DNA from: Eledone cirrhosa
Lineage: Eukaryota
Reading direction: 5' to 3'
NCBI GenBank assembly: GCA_964016885.1
Contig: OZ024756.1
Coordinates: 5,642,001-5,706,000 of the forward strand
Length of the DNA stretch: 64,000 nucleotides
Positions 44,401-62,400 of this stretch are shown piece by piece. The first letter of the stretch is position 1; each line of letters begins with the position of its first letter. Under the pieces are notes generated by a model. The model saw only the letters and a list, made by a program, of their open reading frames with translations, was not told the DNA's origin and did no database searches. The position numbers were made by a program, and so were the translations under genes.

Positions 44401-47400
44401 TAAATATAGAAATAATGTTACTATATATAGAAAGACAGTTACTATATATAGAAAGACACAGTTACTATATATAGAAAGACAGTTACTATATATAGAAAGA
44501 CGGTTACTATATATAGAAAGACAGTTACTATATATAGAAAGACAGTTACTATATATAGAAAGACAGTTACTATATATAGAAAGACACAGTTACTATATAT
44601 AGAAAGACACAGTTACTATATATAGAAAGACACAGTTACTATATATAGAAAGACACAGTTACTATATATAGACAGACACATTTACTATAAAATAGAAAGA
44701 CAGGTACTATATATAGAAAGACAGTTACTATATATAGAAAGACACAGTTACTATATATAGAAAGACACAGTTACTATATATAGAAAGACACAGTTACTAT
44801 ATATAGAAATACAGTTACTATATATAGAAAGACAGTTACTATATATAGAAAGACAGTTACTATATATAGAAAGACACAGTTACTATATATAGAAAGACAC
44901 AGTTACTATATATAGAAAGACAGTTACTATATATAGAAAGACAGTTACTATATATAGAAAGACACAGTTACTATATATAGAAAGACAGTTACTATATATA
45001 GAAAGACACGGTTACTATATATAGAAAGACAGTTACTATATATAGAAATACACAGTTACTATATATAGAAATACAGTTACTATATATAGAAAGACAGTTA
45101 CTATATATAGAAAGACACAGTTACTATATATAGAAAGACAGTTACTATATATAGAAAGACACAGTTACTATATATAGAAAGACAGTTATTATATATAGAA
45201 AGACAGTTACTATATATAGAAAGACTGTTACTATATATAGAAAGACACAGTTACTATATATAGAAAGACAGTTACTATATATAGAAAGACAGTTGCTATA
45301 TATAGAAAGACACAGTTACTATATATAGAAAGACAGTTACAAATATATAGAAAGACAGTTACTATATATAGAAAGACACAGTTACTATATATAGAAAGAC
45401 AGTTACTATATATAGAAAGACACAGTTACTATATATAGAAAGACAGTTACTATATATAGAAAGACAGTTACTATATATAGAAAGACACAGTTACTATATA
45501 TAGAAAGACAGTTACTATATATAGAAAGACACGGTTACGATATATAGAAAGACAGTTACTATATATAGAAAGGCACAGTTACTATATATAGAAAGACAGT
45601 TACTATATATAGAAAGACGGTTACTATATATACAAAGACAGTTACTATATATAGAAAGACACAGTTACTATATATAGAAAGACACAGTTACTATATATAG
45701 AAAGACACAGTTACTATAAAATAGAAAGACAGTTACTATATATAGAAAGACGGTTACTATATATAGAAAGACACAGTTACTATATATAGAAAGACACAGT
45801 TACTATATATAGAAATACACAGTTACTATATATAGAAATACAGTTACTATATATAGAAAGACAGTTACTATATATAGAAAGACACAGTTACAATATATAG
45901 AAAGACACAGTTACTATATATAGAAAGACACAGTTACTACATATAGAAAGACACAGTTACTATATATAGAAAGACAGTTACTATATATAGAAAGACAGTT
46001 ACTATATATAGACAGACACAGTTACTATATATAGAAAGACACAGTTGCTATATATAGAAAGACAGTTGCTATATATAGAAAGACAGTTACTATATATAGA
46101 AAGAGAGTTGCTATATATAGACAGACACAGTTACTATATATAGAAAGACAGTTAGTATATATAGAAAGACAGTTACTACATATAGAAAGACGGTTACTAT
46201 ATATAGAAAGACAGTTACTATATATAGAAAGACAGTTACTATATATAGACAGACACAGTTACTATATATAGAAAGACAGTTAGTATATATATAAAGACAG
46301 TTACTATATATAGAAAGACAGTTACTATATATAGAAAGACAGTTACTATATATAGAAAGACAGTTACTATATATAGAAAGATACAGTTACTATATATAGA
46401 AAGACAGTTAGTATATATAGAAAGACAGTTACTATATATAGAAAGACATTTACTATATATAGAAAGACAGTTACTATATATAGAAAGACAGTTACTATAT
46501 ATAGAAAGACACAGTTGCTATATATAGAAAGACAGTTACTATATATAGAAAGACAGTTACTATATATAGACAGACACAGTTACTATATATAGAAAGACAG
46601 TTACTATATATAGACAGATACAGTTACTATATATAGACAGATACAGTTACTATATATAGAAAGACAGTTACTATATATAGAAAGACAGTTACTATATATA
46701 GAAAGACAGTTACTATATATAGAAAGACAGTTACTATATATAGACAGACACAGTTACTATCTATAGACAGATGCAGTTACTATATATAGACAGATACAGT
46801 TACTATATATAGAAATAGTGTTACTATATATAGAAATACAGTTACTATATATAGAAAGACAGTTACTATATATAGAAAGACACAGTTACTATATATAGAA
46901 AGACAGTTGCTATATATAGACAGACACAGTTACTAAATATAGAAATAATGTTACTATATATAGAAAGACAGTTACTATATATAGAAAGACACAGTTACTA
47001 TATATAGAAAGACAGTTACTATATATAGAAAGACAGTTACTATATATAGAAAGACAGTTACTATATATAGAAAGACACAGTTACTATATATAGAAAGACA
47101 CAGTTACTATATATAGAAAGACACAGTTACTATATATAGAAAGACACAGTTACTATATATAGACAGACACATTTACTATAAAATAGAAAGACAGGTACTA
47201 TATATAGAAAGACGGTTACTGTATATAGAAATACAGTTACTATATATAGAAAGACAGTTACTATATATAGAAAGACACAGTTACTATATATAGAAAGACA
47301 CAGTTACTATATATAGAAAGACACAGTTACTATATATAGAAATACAGTTACTATATATAGAAAGACAGTTACTATATATAGAAAGACACAGTTACTATAT

Positions 47401-50400
47401 ATAGAAATACACAGTTACTATATATAGAAAGACACAGTTACTACATATAGAAAGACACAGTTACTATATATAGAAAGACAGTTACTATATATAGAAAGAC
47501 ACAGTTGCTATATATAGAAAGATACAGTTGCTATATATAGAAAGACAGTTACTATATATAGAAAGACACAGTTACTATATATAGACAGAAACAGTTACTA
47601 TATATAGAAAGACACAGTTACTATATATAGACAGAAACAGTTACTATATATAGAAAGACCGTTTCTATATATAGAAAGACAGTTACTATATATAGAAAGA
47701 CAGTTACTATATATAGAAAGACAGTTACTATATATAGAAAGACAGTTACTATATATAGAAAGAAACAGTTACTATATATAGAAATACAGTTATTATATAT
47801 AGAAAGACAGTTACAATATATAGAAAGACACAGTTACTATATATAGAAAGACACAGTTACTATATATAGAAAGACACAGTTACTATATATAGAAAGACAG
47901 TTACTATATATAGAAAGACGGTTACTATATATAGAAATAATGTTACTATATATAGAAAGACAGTTACTATATATAGAAAGACACAGTTACTATATATAGA
48001 AAGACAGTTACTATATATAGAAAGACGGTTACTATATACAGAAAGACAGTTACTATATATAGAAAGACAGTTACTATATATAGAAAGACAGTTACTATAT
48101 ATAGAAAGACACAGTTACTATATATAGAAAGACACAGTTACTATATATAGAAAGACACAGTTACTATATATAGAAAGACACAGTTACTATATATAGACAG
48201 AAACAGTTACTATATATAGAAAGACAGTTTCTATATATAGAAAGACAGTTACTATATATAGAAAGACAGTTACTATATATAGAAAGACAGTTACTATATA
48301 TAGAAAGACAGTTACTATATATAGAAAGAAACAGTTACTATATATAGAAATACAGTTATTATATATAGAAAGACAGTTACAATATATAGAAAGACACAGT
48401 TACTATATATAGAAAGACACAGTTACTATATATAGAAAGACACAGTTACTATATATAGAAAGACAGTTACTATATATAGAAAGACGGTTACTATATATAG
48501 AAATAATGTTACTATATATAGAAAGACAGTTACTATATATAGAAAGACACAGTTACTATATATAGAAAGACAGTTACTATATATAGAAAGACGGTTACTA
48601 TATACAGAAAGACAGTTACTATATATAGAAAGACAGTTACTATATATAGAAAGACAGTTACTATATATAGAAAGACACAGTTACTATATATAGAAAGACA
48701 CAGTTACTATATATAGAAAGACACAGTTACTATATATAGAAAGACACAGTTACTATATATAGACAGACACATTTACTATAAAATAGAAAGACAGTTACTA
48801 TATATAGAAAGACGGTTACTATATATAGAAATACAGTTACTATATATAGAAAGACAGTTACTATATATAGAAAGACACAGTTACTATATATAGAAAGACA
48901 CAGTTTCTATATATAGAAAGACACAGTTACTATATATAGAAATACAGTTACTATATATAGAAAGACAGTTACTATATATAGAAAGACACAGTTACTATAT
49001 ATAGAAAGACACAGTTACTATATATAGAAAGACACAGTTACTACATATAGAAAGACACAGTTACTATATATAGTAAGACAGTTACTATATATAGAAAGAC
49101 ACAGTTGCTATATATAGAAAGATACAGTTGCTATATATAGAAAGACAGTTACTATATATAGAAAGACAATTACTATATATAGACAGACACAGTTACTATA
49201 TATAGAAAGACAGTTACTATATATAGAAAGACAGTTACTGTATATAGAAAGACAGTTACTATATATAGACCTCAACAGTTACTATATATAGAAAGACACA
49301 GTTGCTATATATAGAAAGACAGTTACTATATATAGAAAGATAGTTACTATATATAGAAAGACAGTTACTATATATAGAAAGACACAGTTACTATATATAG
49401 ACAGACACAGTTACTATATATTGTAAGACACAGTTGCTATATATAGAAAGACAGTTACTATATATAGAAAGACAGTTACTATATATAGACAGACACAGAT
49501 ACTATATATAGAAAGACAGTTACTATATATAGACATATACAGTTACTATATATAGACAGATACAGTTACTATATATAGAAAGACAGTTACTATATATAGA
49601 AAGACAGTTACTATATATAGAAAGACAGTTACTATATATAGAAATAGTGTTACTATATATAGAAATACAGTTACTATATATAGAAAGACAGTTACTATAT
49701 ATAGAAAGACACAGTTACTATATATAGACAGACACAGTCACTATATATTGAAAGACAGGGTTACTATATATAGACAGATACAGTTACTATATATAGATAG
49801 ATACAGTTACTATATATAGAAATAGTGTTACTATATATAGAAATACAGTTACTATATATAGAAAGACTGTTACTATATATGGAAAGAGACAGTTACTATA
49901 TATAGAAAGACAGTTACTATATATAGAAAGACACAGTTACTATATATAGAAAGACAGTTACTATATATAGAAATACAGTTACTATATATAGAAAGACACA
50001 GTTACTATATATAGAAAGACAGTTACTATATATAGAAATACAGTTACTATATATAGAAAGACACAGTTACTATATATAGAAAGACAGTAACTATATATAG
50101 AAAGACAGTTACTATATATAGAAAGACACAGTTACTATATATAGAAAGACAGTTACTATATATAGAAAGACACAGTTACTATATATAGAAAGACAGTTAC
50201 TATATATAGAAAGACACAGTTACTATATATAGAAAGACAGTTACTATATATAGAAAGACACAGTTACTATATATAGAAAAACAGTTACTATATATAAAAA
50301 GACAGTTACTATATATAGAAATACAGTTACTATATATAGAAAGACAGTTACAATATATAGAAAGACACAGTTACTATATATAGAAAGACACAGTTACTAT

Positions 50401-53400
50401 ATATAGAAAGACACAGTTACTATATATATAAAGACAGTTACTATATATAGAAAGACGGTTACTATATATAGAAATAATGTTACTATATATAGAAAGACAG
50501 TTACTATATATAGAAAGACACAGTTACTATATATAGAAAGACAGTTACTATATATAGAAAGACGGTTACTATATATAGAAAGACAGTTACTATATATAGA
50601 AAGACAGTTACTATATATAGAAAGACAGTTACTATATATAGAAAGACACAGTTACTATATATAGAAAGACATAGTTACTATATGTAGAAATACACAGTTA
50701 CTATATATAGAAAGACACAGTTACTATATATAGACAGACACATTTACTATAAAATAGAAAGACAGTTACTATATATAGAAAGACGGTTACTATATATAGA
50801 AATACAGTTACTATATATAGAAAGACAGTTACTATATATAGAAAGACACAGTTACTATATATAGAAAGACACAGTTACTATATATAGAAAGACACAGTTA
50901 CTATATATAGAAAGACACAGTTACTATATATAGAAAGACACAGTTACTACATATAGAAAGACACAGTTACTATATATAGAAAGACAGTTACTATATATAG
51001 AAAGACACAGTTGCTATATATAGAAAGATACAGTTGCTATATATAGAAAGACAGTTACTATATATAGAAAGACAATTACTATATATAGACAGACACAGTT
51101 ACTATATATAGAAAGACAGTTACTATATATAGAAAGACAGTTACTGTATATAGAAAGACAGTTACTATATATAGACCGCAACAGTTACTATATATAGAAA
51201 GACACAGTTGCTATATATAGAAAGACAGTTACTATATATAGAAAGACAGTTACTATATATAGAAAGACAGTTACTATATATAGAAAGACACAGTTACTAT
51301 ATATAGACAGACACAGTTACTATATATTGTAAGACACAGTTGCTATATATAGAAAGACAGTTACTATATATAGAAAGACAGTTACTATATATAGACAGAC
51401 ACAGTTACTATATATTGAAAGACAGGGTTACTATATATAGAAAGACACAGTTACTATATATAGACAGACACAGTTACTATATATTGTAAGACACAGTTGC
51501 TATATATAGAAAGACAGTTACTATATATAGAAAGACAGTTACTATATATAGACAGACACAGTTACTATATATTGAAAGACAGGGTTACTATATATAGAAA
51601 GACACAGTTACTATATATAGAAAGACACAGTTACTATATATAGAAAGACACAGTTACTACATATAGAAAGACACAGTTACTATATATAGAAAGACAGTTA
51701 CTATATATAGAAAGACACAGTTGCTATATATAGAAAGATACAGTTGCTATATATAGAAAGACAGTTACTATATATAGAAAGACAATTACTATATATAGAC
51801 AGACACAGTTACTATATATAGAAAGACAGTTACTATATATAGAAAGACAGTTACTGTATATAGAAAGACAGTTACTATATATAGACCGCAACAGTTACTA
51901 TATATAGAAAGACACAGTTGCTATATATAGAAAGACAGTTACTATATATAGAAAGACAGTTACTATATATAGAAAGACAGTTACTATATATAGAAAGACA
52001 CAGTTACTATATATAGACAGACACAGTTACTATATATTGTAAGACACAGTTGCTATATATAGAAAGACAGTTACTATATATAGAAAGACAGTTACTATAT
52101 ATAGGCAGACACAGTTACTATATATTGAAAGACAGGGTTACTATATATAGAAAGACACAGTTACTATATATAGACAGACACAGTTACTATATATTGTAAG
52201 ACACAGTTGCTATATATAGAAAGACAGTTACTATATATAGAAAGACAGTTACTATATATAGACAGACACAGATACTATATATTGAAAGACAGGGTTACTA
52301 TATATAGACAGATACAGTTACTATATATAGAAATAGTGTTACTATATATAGAAATACAGTTACTATATATAGAAAGACAGTTACTATATATAGAAAGAGA
52401 CAGTTACTATATATAGAAAGAGACAGTTACTATATATAGAAATAGTGTTACTATATATAGAAATACAGTTACTATATATAGAAAGACAGTTACTATATAT
52501 AGAAAGAGACAGTAACTATATATAGAAAGACAGTTACTATATATAGAAAGACACAGTTGCTATATATAGAAAGACAGTTACTATATATAGAAAGACAGTT
52601 ACTATATATAGAAAGACACAGTTACTATATATAGAAAGACAGTTACTATATATAGAAATACAGTTACTATATATAGAAAGACACAGTTACTATATATAGA
52701 AAGACAGTAACTATATATAGAAAGACAGTTACTATATATAGAAAGACACAGTTACTATATATAGAAAGACAGTTACTATATATAGAAAGACACAGTTACT
52801 ATATATAGAAAGACAGTTACTATATATATAAAGACACAATTACTATATATAGAAAGACAGTTACTATATATAGAAAGACACAGTTACTATATATAGAAAA
52901 ACAGTTACTATATATAAAAAGACAGTTACTATATATAGAAATACAGTTACTATATATAGAAAGACAGTTACAATATATAGAAAGACACAGTTACTATATA
53001 TAGAAAGACACAGTTACTATATATAGAAAGACACAGTTACTATATATAGAAAGACAGTTACTATATATAGAAAGACGGTTACTATATATAGAAATAATGT
53101 TACTATATATAGAAAGACAGTTACTATATATAGAAAGACACAGTTACTATATATAGAAAGACAGTTACTATATATAGAAAGACGGATACTATATATAGAA
53201 AGACAGTTACTATATATAGAAAGACAGTTACTATATATAGAAAGACAGTTACTATATATAGAAAGACACAGTTACTATATATAGAAAGACATAGTTACTA
53301 TATATAGAAAGACACAGTTACTATATATAGAAAGACACAGTTACTATATATAGACAGACACATTTACTATAAAATAGAAAGACAGTTACTATATATAGAA

Positions 53401-56400
53401 AGACGGTTACTATATATAGAAATACAGTTACTATATATAGAAAGACAGTTACTATATATAGAAAGACACAGTTACTATATATAGAAAGACACAGTTACTA
53501 TATATAGAAAGACACAGTTACTATATATAGAAAGACACAGTTACTATATATAGAAAGACACAGTTACTACATATAGAAAGACACAGTTACTATATATAGA
53601 AAGACAGTTACTATATATAGAAAGACACAGTTGCTATATATAGAAAGATACAGTTGCTATATATAGAAAGACAGTTACTATATATAGAAAGACAATTACT
53701 ATATATAGACAGACACAGTTACTATATATAGAAAGACAGTTACTATATATAGAAAGACAGTTACTGTATATAGAAAGACAGTTACTATATATAGACCGCA
53801 ACAGTTACTATATATAGAAAGACACAGTTGCTATATATAGAAAGACAGTTACTATATATAGAAAGACAGTTACTATATATAGAAAGACAGTTACTATATA
53901 TAGAAAGACACAGTTACTATATATAGACAGACACAGTTACTATATATTGTAAGACACAGTTGCTATATATAGAAAGACAGTTACTATATATAGAAAGACA
54001 GTTACTATATATAGACAGACACAGTTACTATATATTGAAAGACAGGGTTACTATATATAGAAAGACACAGTTACTATATATAGACAGACACAGTTACTAT
54101 ATATTGTAAGACACAGTTGCTATATATAGAAAGACAGTTACTATATATAGAAAGACAGTTACTATATATAGACAGACACAGTTACTATATATTGAAAGAC
54201 AGGGTTACTATATATAGAAAGACACAGTTACTATATATAGAAAGACACAGTTACTATATATAGAAGGACACAGTTACTACATATAGAAAGACACAGTTAC
54301 TATATATAGAAAGACAGTTACTATATATAGAAAGACACAGTTGCTATATATAGAAAGATACAGTTGCTATATATAGAAAGACAGTTACTATATATAGAAA
54401 GACAATTACTATATATAGACAGACACAGTTACTATATATAGAAAGACAGTTACTATATATAGAAAGACAGTTACTGTATATAGAAAGACAGTTACTATAT
54501 ATAGACCGCAACAGTTACTATATATAGAAAGACACAGTTGCTATATATAGAAAGACAGTTACTATATATAGAAAGACAGTTACTATATATAGAAAGACAG
54601 TTACTATATATAGAAAGACACAGTTACTATATATAGACAGACACAGTTACTATATATTGTAAGACACAGTTGCTATATATAGAAAGACAGTTACTATATA
54701 TAGAAAGACAGTTACTATATATAGGCAGACACAGTTACTATATATTGAAAGACAGGGTTACTATATATAGAAAGACACAGTTACTATATATAGACAGACA
54801 CAGTTACTATATATTGTAAGACACAGTTGCTATATATAGAAAGACAGTTACTATATATAGAAAGACAGTTACTATATATAGACAGACACAGATACTATAT
54901 ATTGAAAGACAGGGTTACTATATATAGACAGATACAGTTACTATATATAGAAATAGTGTTACTATATATAGAAATACAGTTACTATATATAGAAAGACAG
55001 TTACTATATATAGAAAGAGACAGTTACTATATATAGAAAGAGACAGTTACTATATATAGAAATAGTGTTACTATATATAGAAATACAGTTACTATATATA
55101 GAAAGACAGTTACTATATATAGAAAGAGACAGTAACTATATATAGAAAGACAGTTACTATATATAGAAAGACACAGTTGCTATATATAGAAAGACAGTTA
55201 CTATATATAGAAAGACAGTTACTATATATAGAAAGACACAGTTACTATATATAGAAAGACAGTTACTATATATAGAAATACAGTTACTATATATAGAAAG
55301 ACACAGTTACTATATATAGAAAGACAGTAACTATATATAGAAAGACAGTTACTATATATAGAAAGACACAGTTACTATATATAGAAAGACAGTTACTATA
55401 TATAGAAAGACACAGTTACTATATATAGAAAGACAGTTACTATATATATAAAGACACAATTACTATATATAGAAAGACAGTTACTATATATAGAAAGACA
55501 CAGTTACTATATATAGAAAAACAGTTACTATATATAAAAAGACAGTTACTATATATAGAAATACAGTTACTATATATAGAAAGACAGTTACAATATATAG
55601 AAAGACACAGTTACTATATATAGAAAGACACAGTTACTATATATAGAAAGACACAGTTACTATATATAGAAAGACAGTTACTATATATAGAAAGACGGTT
55701 ACTATATATAGAAATAATGTTACTATATATAGAAAGACAGTTACTATATATAGAAAGACACAGTTACTATATATAGAAAGACAGTTACTATATATAGAAA
55801 GACGGATACTATATATAGAAAGACAGTTACTATATATAGAAAGACAGTTACTATATATAGAAAGACAGTTACTATATATAGAAAGACACAGTTACTATAT
55901 ATAGAAAGACATAGTTACTATATATAGAAAGACACAGTTACTATATATAGAAAGACACAGTTACTATATATAGACAGACACATTTACTATAAAATAGAAA
56001 GACAGTTACTATATATAGAAAGACGGTTACTATATATAGAAATACAGTTACTATATATAGAAAGACAGTTACTATATATAGAAAGACACAGTTACTATAT
56101 ATAGAAAGACACAGTTACTATATATAGAAAGACACAGTTACTATATATAGAAAGACACAGTTACTATATATAGAAAGACACAGTTACTACATATAGAAAG
56201 ACACAGTTACTATATATAGAAAGACAGTTACTATATATAGAAAGACACAGTTGCTATATATAGAAAGATACAGTTGCTATATATAGAAAGACAGTTACTA
56301 TATATAGAAAGACAATTACTATATATAGACAGACACAGTTACTATATATAGAAAGACAGTTACTATATATAGAAAGACAGTTACTGTATATAGAAAGACA

Positions 56401-59400
56401 GTTACTATATATAGACCGCAACAGTTACTATATATAGAAAGACACAGTTGCTATATATAGAAAGACAGTTACTATATATAGAAAGACAGTTACTATATAT
56501 AGAAAGACAGTTACTATATATAGAAAGACACAGTTACTATATATAGACAGACACAGTTACTATATATTGTAAGACACAGTTGCTATATATAGAAAGACAG
56601 TTACTATATATAGAAAGACAGTTACTATATATAGACAGACACAGTTACTATATATTGAAAGACAGGGTTACTATATATAGAAAGACACAGTTACTATATA
56701 TAGACAGACACAGTTACTATATATTGTAAGACACAGTTGCTATATATAGAAAGACAGTTACTATATATAGAAAGACAGTTACTATATATAGACAGACACA
56801 GTTACTATATATTGAAAGACAGGGTTACTATATATAGAAAGACACAGTTACTATATATAGAAAGACACAGTTACTATATATAGAAAGACACAGTTACTAC
56901 ATATAGAAAGACACAGTTACTATATATAGAAAGACAGTTACTATATATAGAAAGACACAGTTGCTATATATAGAAAGATACAGTTGCTATATATAGAAAG
57001 ACAGTTACTATATATAGAAAGACAATTACTATATATAGACAGACACAGTTACTATATATAGAAAGACAGTTACTATATATAGAAAGACAGTTACTGTATA
57101 TAGAAAGACAGTTACTATATATAGACCGCAACAGTTACTATATATAGAAAGACACAGTTGCTATATATAGAAAGACAGTTACTATATATAGAAAGACAGT
57201 TACTATATATAGAAAGACAGTTACTATATATAGAAAGACACAGTTACTATATATAGACAGACACAGTTACTATATATTGTAAGACACAGTTGCTATATAT
57301 AGAAAGACAGTTACTATATATAGAAAGACAGTTACTATATATAGGCAGACACAGTTACTATATATTGAAAGACAGGGTTACTATATATAGAAAGACACAG
57401 TTACTATATATAGACAGACACAGTTACTATATATTGTAAGACACAGTTGCTATATATAGAAAGACAGTTACTATATATAGAAAGACAGTTACTATATATA
57501 GACAGACACAGATACTATATATTGAAAGACAGGGTTACTATATATAGACAGATACAGTTACTATATATAGAAATAGTGTTACTATATATAGAAATACAGT
57601 TACTATATATAGAAAGACAGTTACTATATATAGAAAGAGACAGTTACTATATATAGAAAGAGACAGTTACTATATATAGAAATAGTGTTACTATATATAG
57701 AAATACAGTTACTATATATAGAAAGACAGTTACTATATATAGAAAGAGACAGTAACTATATATAGAAAGACAGTTACTATATATAGAAAGACACAGTTGC
57801 TATATATAGAAAGACAGTTACTATATATAGAAAGACAGTTACTATATATAGAAAGACACAGTTACTATATATAGAAAGACAGTTACTATATATAGAAATA
57901 CAGTTACTATATATAGAAAGACACAGTTACTATATATAGAAAGACAGTAACTATATATAGAAAGACAGTTACTATATATAGAAAGACACAGTTACTATAT
58001 ATAGAAAGACAGTTACTATATATAGAAAGACACAGTTACTATATATAGAAAGACAGTTACTATATATATAAAGACACAATTACTATATATAGAAAGACAG
58101 TTACTATATATAGAAAGACACAGTTACTATATATAGAAAAACAGTTACTATATATAAAATGACAGTTACTATATATAGAAATACAGTTACTATATATAGA
58201 AAGACAGTTACAATATATAGAAAGACACAGTTACTATATATAGAAAGACACAGTTACTATATATAGAAAGACACAGTTACTATATATAGAAAGACAGTTA
58301 CTATATATAGAAAGACGGTTACTATATATAGAAATAATGTTACTATATATAGAAAGACAGTTACTATATATAGAAAGACACAGTTACTATATATAGAAAG
58401 ACAGTTACTATATATAGAAAGACGGATACTATATATAGAAAGACAGTTACTATATATAGAAAGACAGTTACTATATATAGAAAGACAGTTACTATATATA
58501 GAAAGACACAGTTACTATATATAGAAAGACATAGTTACTATATATAGAAAGACACAGTTACTATATATAGAAAGACACAGTTACTATATATAGACAGACA
58601 CATTTACTATAAAATAGAAAGACAGTTACTATATATAGAAAGACGGTTACTATATATAGAAATACAGTTACTATATATAGAAAGACACAGTTACTATATA
58701 TAGAAAGACACAGTTACTATATATAGAAAGACACAGTTACTACATATAGAAAGACACAGTTACTATATATAGAAAGACAGTTACTATATATAGAAAGACA
58801 CAGTTGCTATATATAGAAAGATACAGTTGCTATATATAGAAAGACAGTTACTATATATACAAAGACAATTACTATATATAGACAGACACAGTTACTATAT
58901 ATAGAAAGACAGTTACTATATATAGAAAGACAGTTACTGTATATAGAAAGACAGTTATTATATATAGACCGCAACAGTTACTATATATAGAAAACACAGT
59001 TGCTATATATAGAAACACAGTTACTATATATAGAAAGACAGTTACTATATATAGTAAGACAGTTACTATATATAGAAAGACACAGTTACTATATATAGGC
59101 AGACACAGTTACTATATATTGTAAGACACAGTTGCTAAATATAGAAAGACAGTTACTATATATAGAAATACAGTTACTATATATAGACAGACACATATAC
59201 TATATATAGAAAGACAGTTACTATATATAGACATATACATTTACTATATATAGACAGATACAGTTACTATATATAGAAAGACAGTTACTATATATAGAAA
59301 GACAGTTACTATATATAGAAAGACAGTTACTATATATAGAAAGACAGTTACTATATATAGAAAGACAGTTACTATATATAGAAAGACACAGTTACTATAT

Positions 59401-62400
59401 ATAGACAGACACAGTTACTATATATTGAAAGACAGGGTTGCTATATATAGAAAGACAGTTACTATATATAGAAAGACAGTTACTATATATAGAAAGACAG
59501 TTACTATATATAGAAAGACAGTTACTATATATAGAAAGACAGTTACTATATATAGAAAGATACAGTTACTATATATAGACAGACACAGTTACTATATATA
59601 GAAAGACAGTTACTATATATAGACAGATACAGTTACTATATATAGACAGATACAGTTACTATATATAGAAAGACAGTTACTATATATAGAAAGAGACAGT
59701 TACTATATATAGAAAGACAGTTACTATATATAGAAAGACACAGTTACTATATATAGAAAGACAGTTACTATATATAGAAATACAGTTACTATATATAGAA
59801 AGACACTGTTACTATATATAGAAAGACAGTTACTATATATAGAAATACAGTTACTATATATAGAAAGACACAGTTACTATATATAGAAAGACAGTAACTA
59901 TATATAGAAAGACAGTTACTATATATAGAAAGACACAGTTACTATATATAGAAAGACAGTTACTATATATAGAAAGACACAGTTACTATATATAGAAAGA
60001 CAGTTACTATATATAGAAAGACACAGTTACTATATATAGAAAGACAGTTACTATATATAGAAAGACACAGTTACTATATATAGAAAAACAGTTACTATAT
60101 ATAAAAAGACAGTTACTATATATAGAAATACAGTTACTATATATAGAAAGACAGTTACAATATATAGAAAGACACAGTTACTATATATAGAAAGACACAG
60201 TTACTATATATAGAAAGACAAAGTTACTATATATATAAAGACAGTTACTATATATAGAAAGACGGTTACTATATATAGAAATAATGTTACTATATATAGA
60301 AAGACAGTTACTATATATAGAAAGACACAGTTACTATATATAGAAAGACAGTTACTATATATAGAAAGACGGTTACTATATATAGAAAGATAGTTACTAT
60401 ATATAGAAAGACAGTTACTATATATAGAAAGACAGTTACTATATATAGAAAGACACAGTTACTATATATAGAAAGACATAGTTACTATATATAGAAATAC
60501 ACAGTTACTATATATAGAAAGACACAGTTACTATATATAGACAGACACATTTACTATAAAATAGAAAGACAGTTACTATATATAGAAAGACGGTTACTAT
60601 ATATAGAAATACAGTTACTATATATAGAAAGACAGTTACTATATATAGAAAGACACAGTTACTATATATAGAAAGACACAGTTACTATATATAGAAAGAC
60701 ACAGTTACTATATATAGAAAGACACAGTTACTATATATAGAAAGACACAGTTACTACATATAGAAAGACACAGTTACTATATATAGAAAGACAGTTACTA
60801 TATATAGAAAGACACAGTTGCTATATATAGAAAGATACAGTTGCTATATATAGAAAGACAGTTACTATATATAGAAAGACAATTACTATATATAGACAGA
60901 CACAGTTACTATATATAGAAAGACAGTTACTATATATAGAAAGACAGTTACTGTATATAGAAAGACAGTTACTATATATAGACCGCAACAGTTACTATAT
61001 ATAGAAAGACACAGTTGCTATATATAGAAAGACAGTTACTATATATAGAAAGACAGTTACTATATATAGAAAGACAGTTACTATATATAGAAAGACACAG
61101 TTACTATATATAGACAGACACAGTTACTATATATTGTAAGACACAGTTGCTATATATAGAAAGACAGTTACTATATATAGAAAGACAGTTACTATATATA
61201 GACAGACACAGTTACTATATATTCAAAGACAGGGTTACTATATATAGAAAGACACAGTTACTATATATAGACAGACACAGTTACTATATATTGTAAGACA
61301 CAGTTGCTATATATAGAAAGACAGTTACTATATATAGAAAGACAGTTACTATATATAGACAGATACAGTTACTATATATAGAAAGACAGTTACTATATAT
61401 AGAAAGAGACAGTTACTATATATAGAAAGACAGTTACTATATATAGAAAGACACAGTTACTATATATAGAAAGACAGTTACTATATATAGAAATACAGTT
61501 ACTATATATAGAAAGACACTGTTACTATATATAGAAAGACAGTTACTATATATAGAAATACAGTTACTATATATAGAAAGACACAGTTACTCTATATAGA
61601 AAGACAGTAACTATATATAGAAAGACAGTTACTATATATAGAAAGACACAGTTACTATATATAGAAAGACAGTTACTATATATAGAAAGACACAGTTACT
61701 ATATATAGAAAGACAGTTACTATATATAGAAAGACACAGTTACTATATATAGAAAGACAGTTACTATATATAGAAAGACACAGTTACTATATATAGAAAA
61801 ACTGTTACTATATATAAAAAGACAGTTACTATATATAGAAATACAGTTACTATATATAGAAAGACAGTTACAATATATAGAAAGACACAGTTACTATATA
61901 TAGAAAGACAAAGTTACTATATATATAAAGACAGTTACTATATATAGAAAGACGGTTACTATATATAGAAATAATGTTACTATATATAGAAAGACAGTTA
62001 CTATATATAGAAAGACACAGTTACTATATATAGAAAGACAGTTACTATATATAGAAAGACGGTTACTATATATAGAAAGACAGTTACTATATATAGAAAG
62101 ACAGTTACTATATATAGAAAGACAGTTACTATATATAGAAAGACACAGTTACTATATATAGAAAGACATAGTTACTATATATAGAAATACACAGTTACTA
62201 TATATAGAAAGACACAGTTACTATATATAGACAGACACATTTACTATAAAATAGAAAGACAGTTACTATATATAGAAAGACGGTTACTATATATAGAAAT
62301 ACAGTTACTATATATAGAAAGACAGTTACTATATATAGAAAGACACAGTTACTATATATAGAAAGACACAGTTACTATATATAGAAAGACACAGTTACTA

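Noticed and set aside
20092-57656. LLYIERQ-repeat ORFs in the array
   Set aside because: Artefact of the 21-bp monomer. The 23-bp monomers shift frame into stops.
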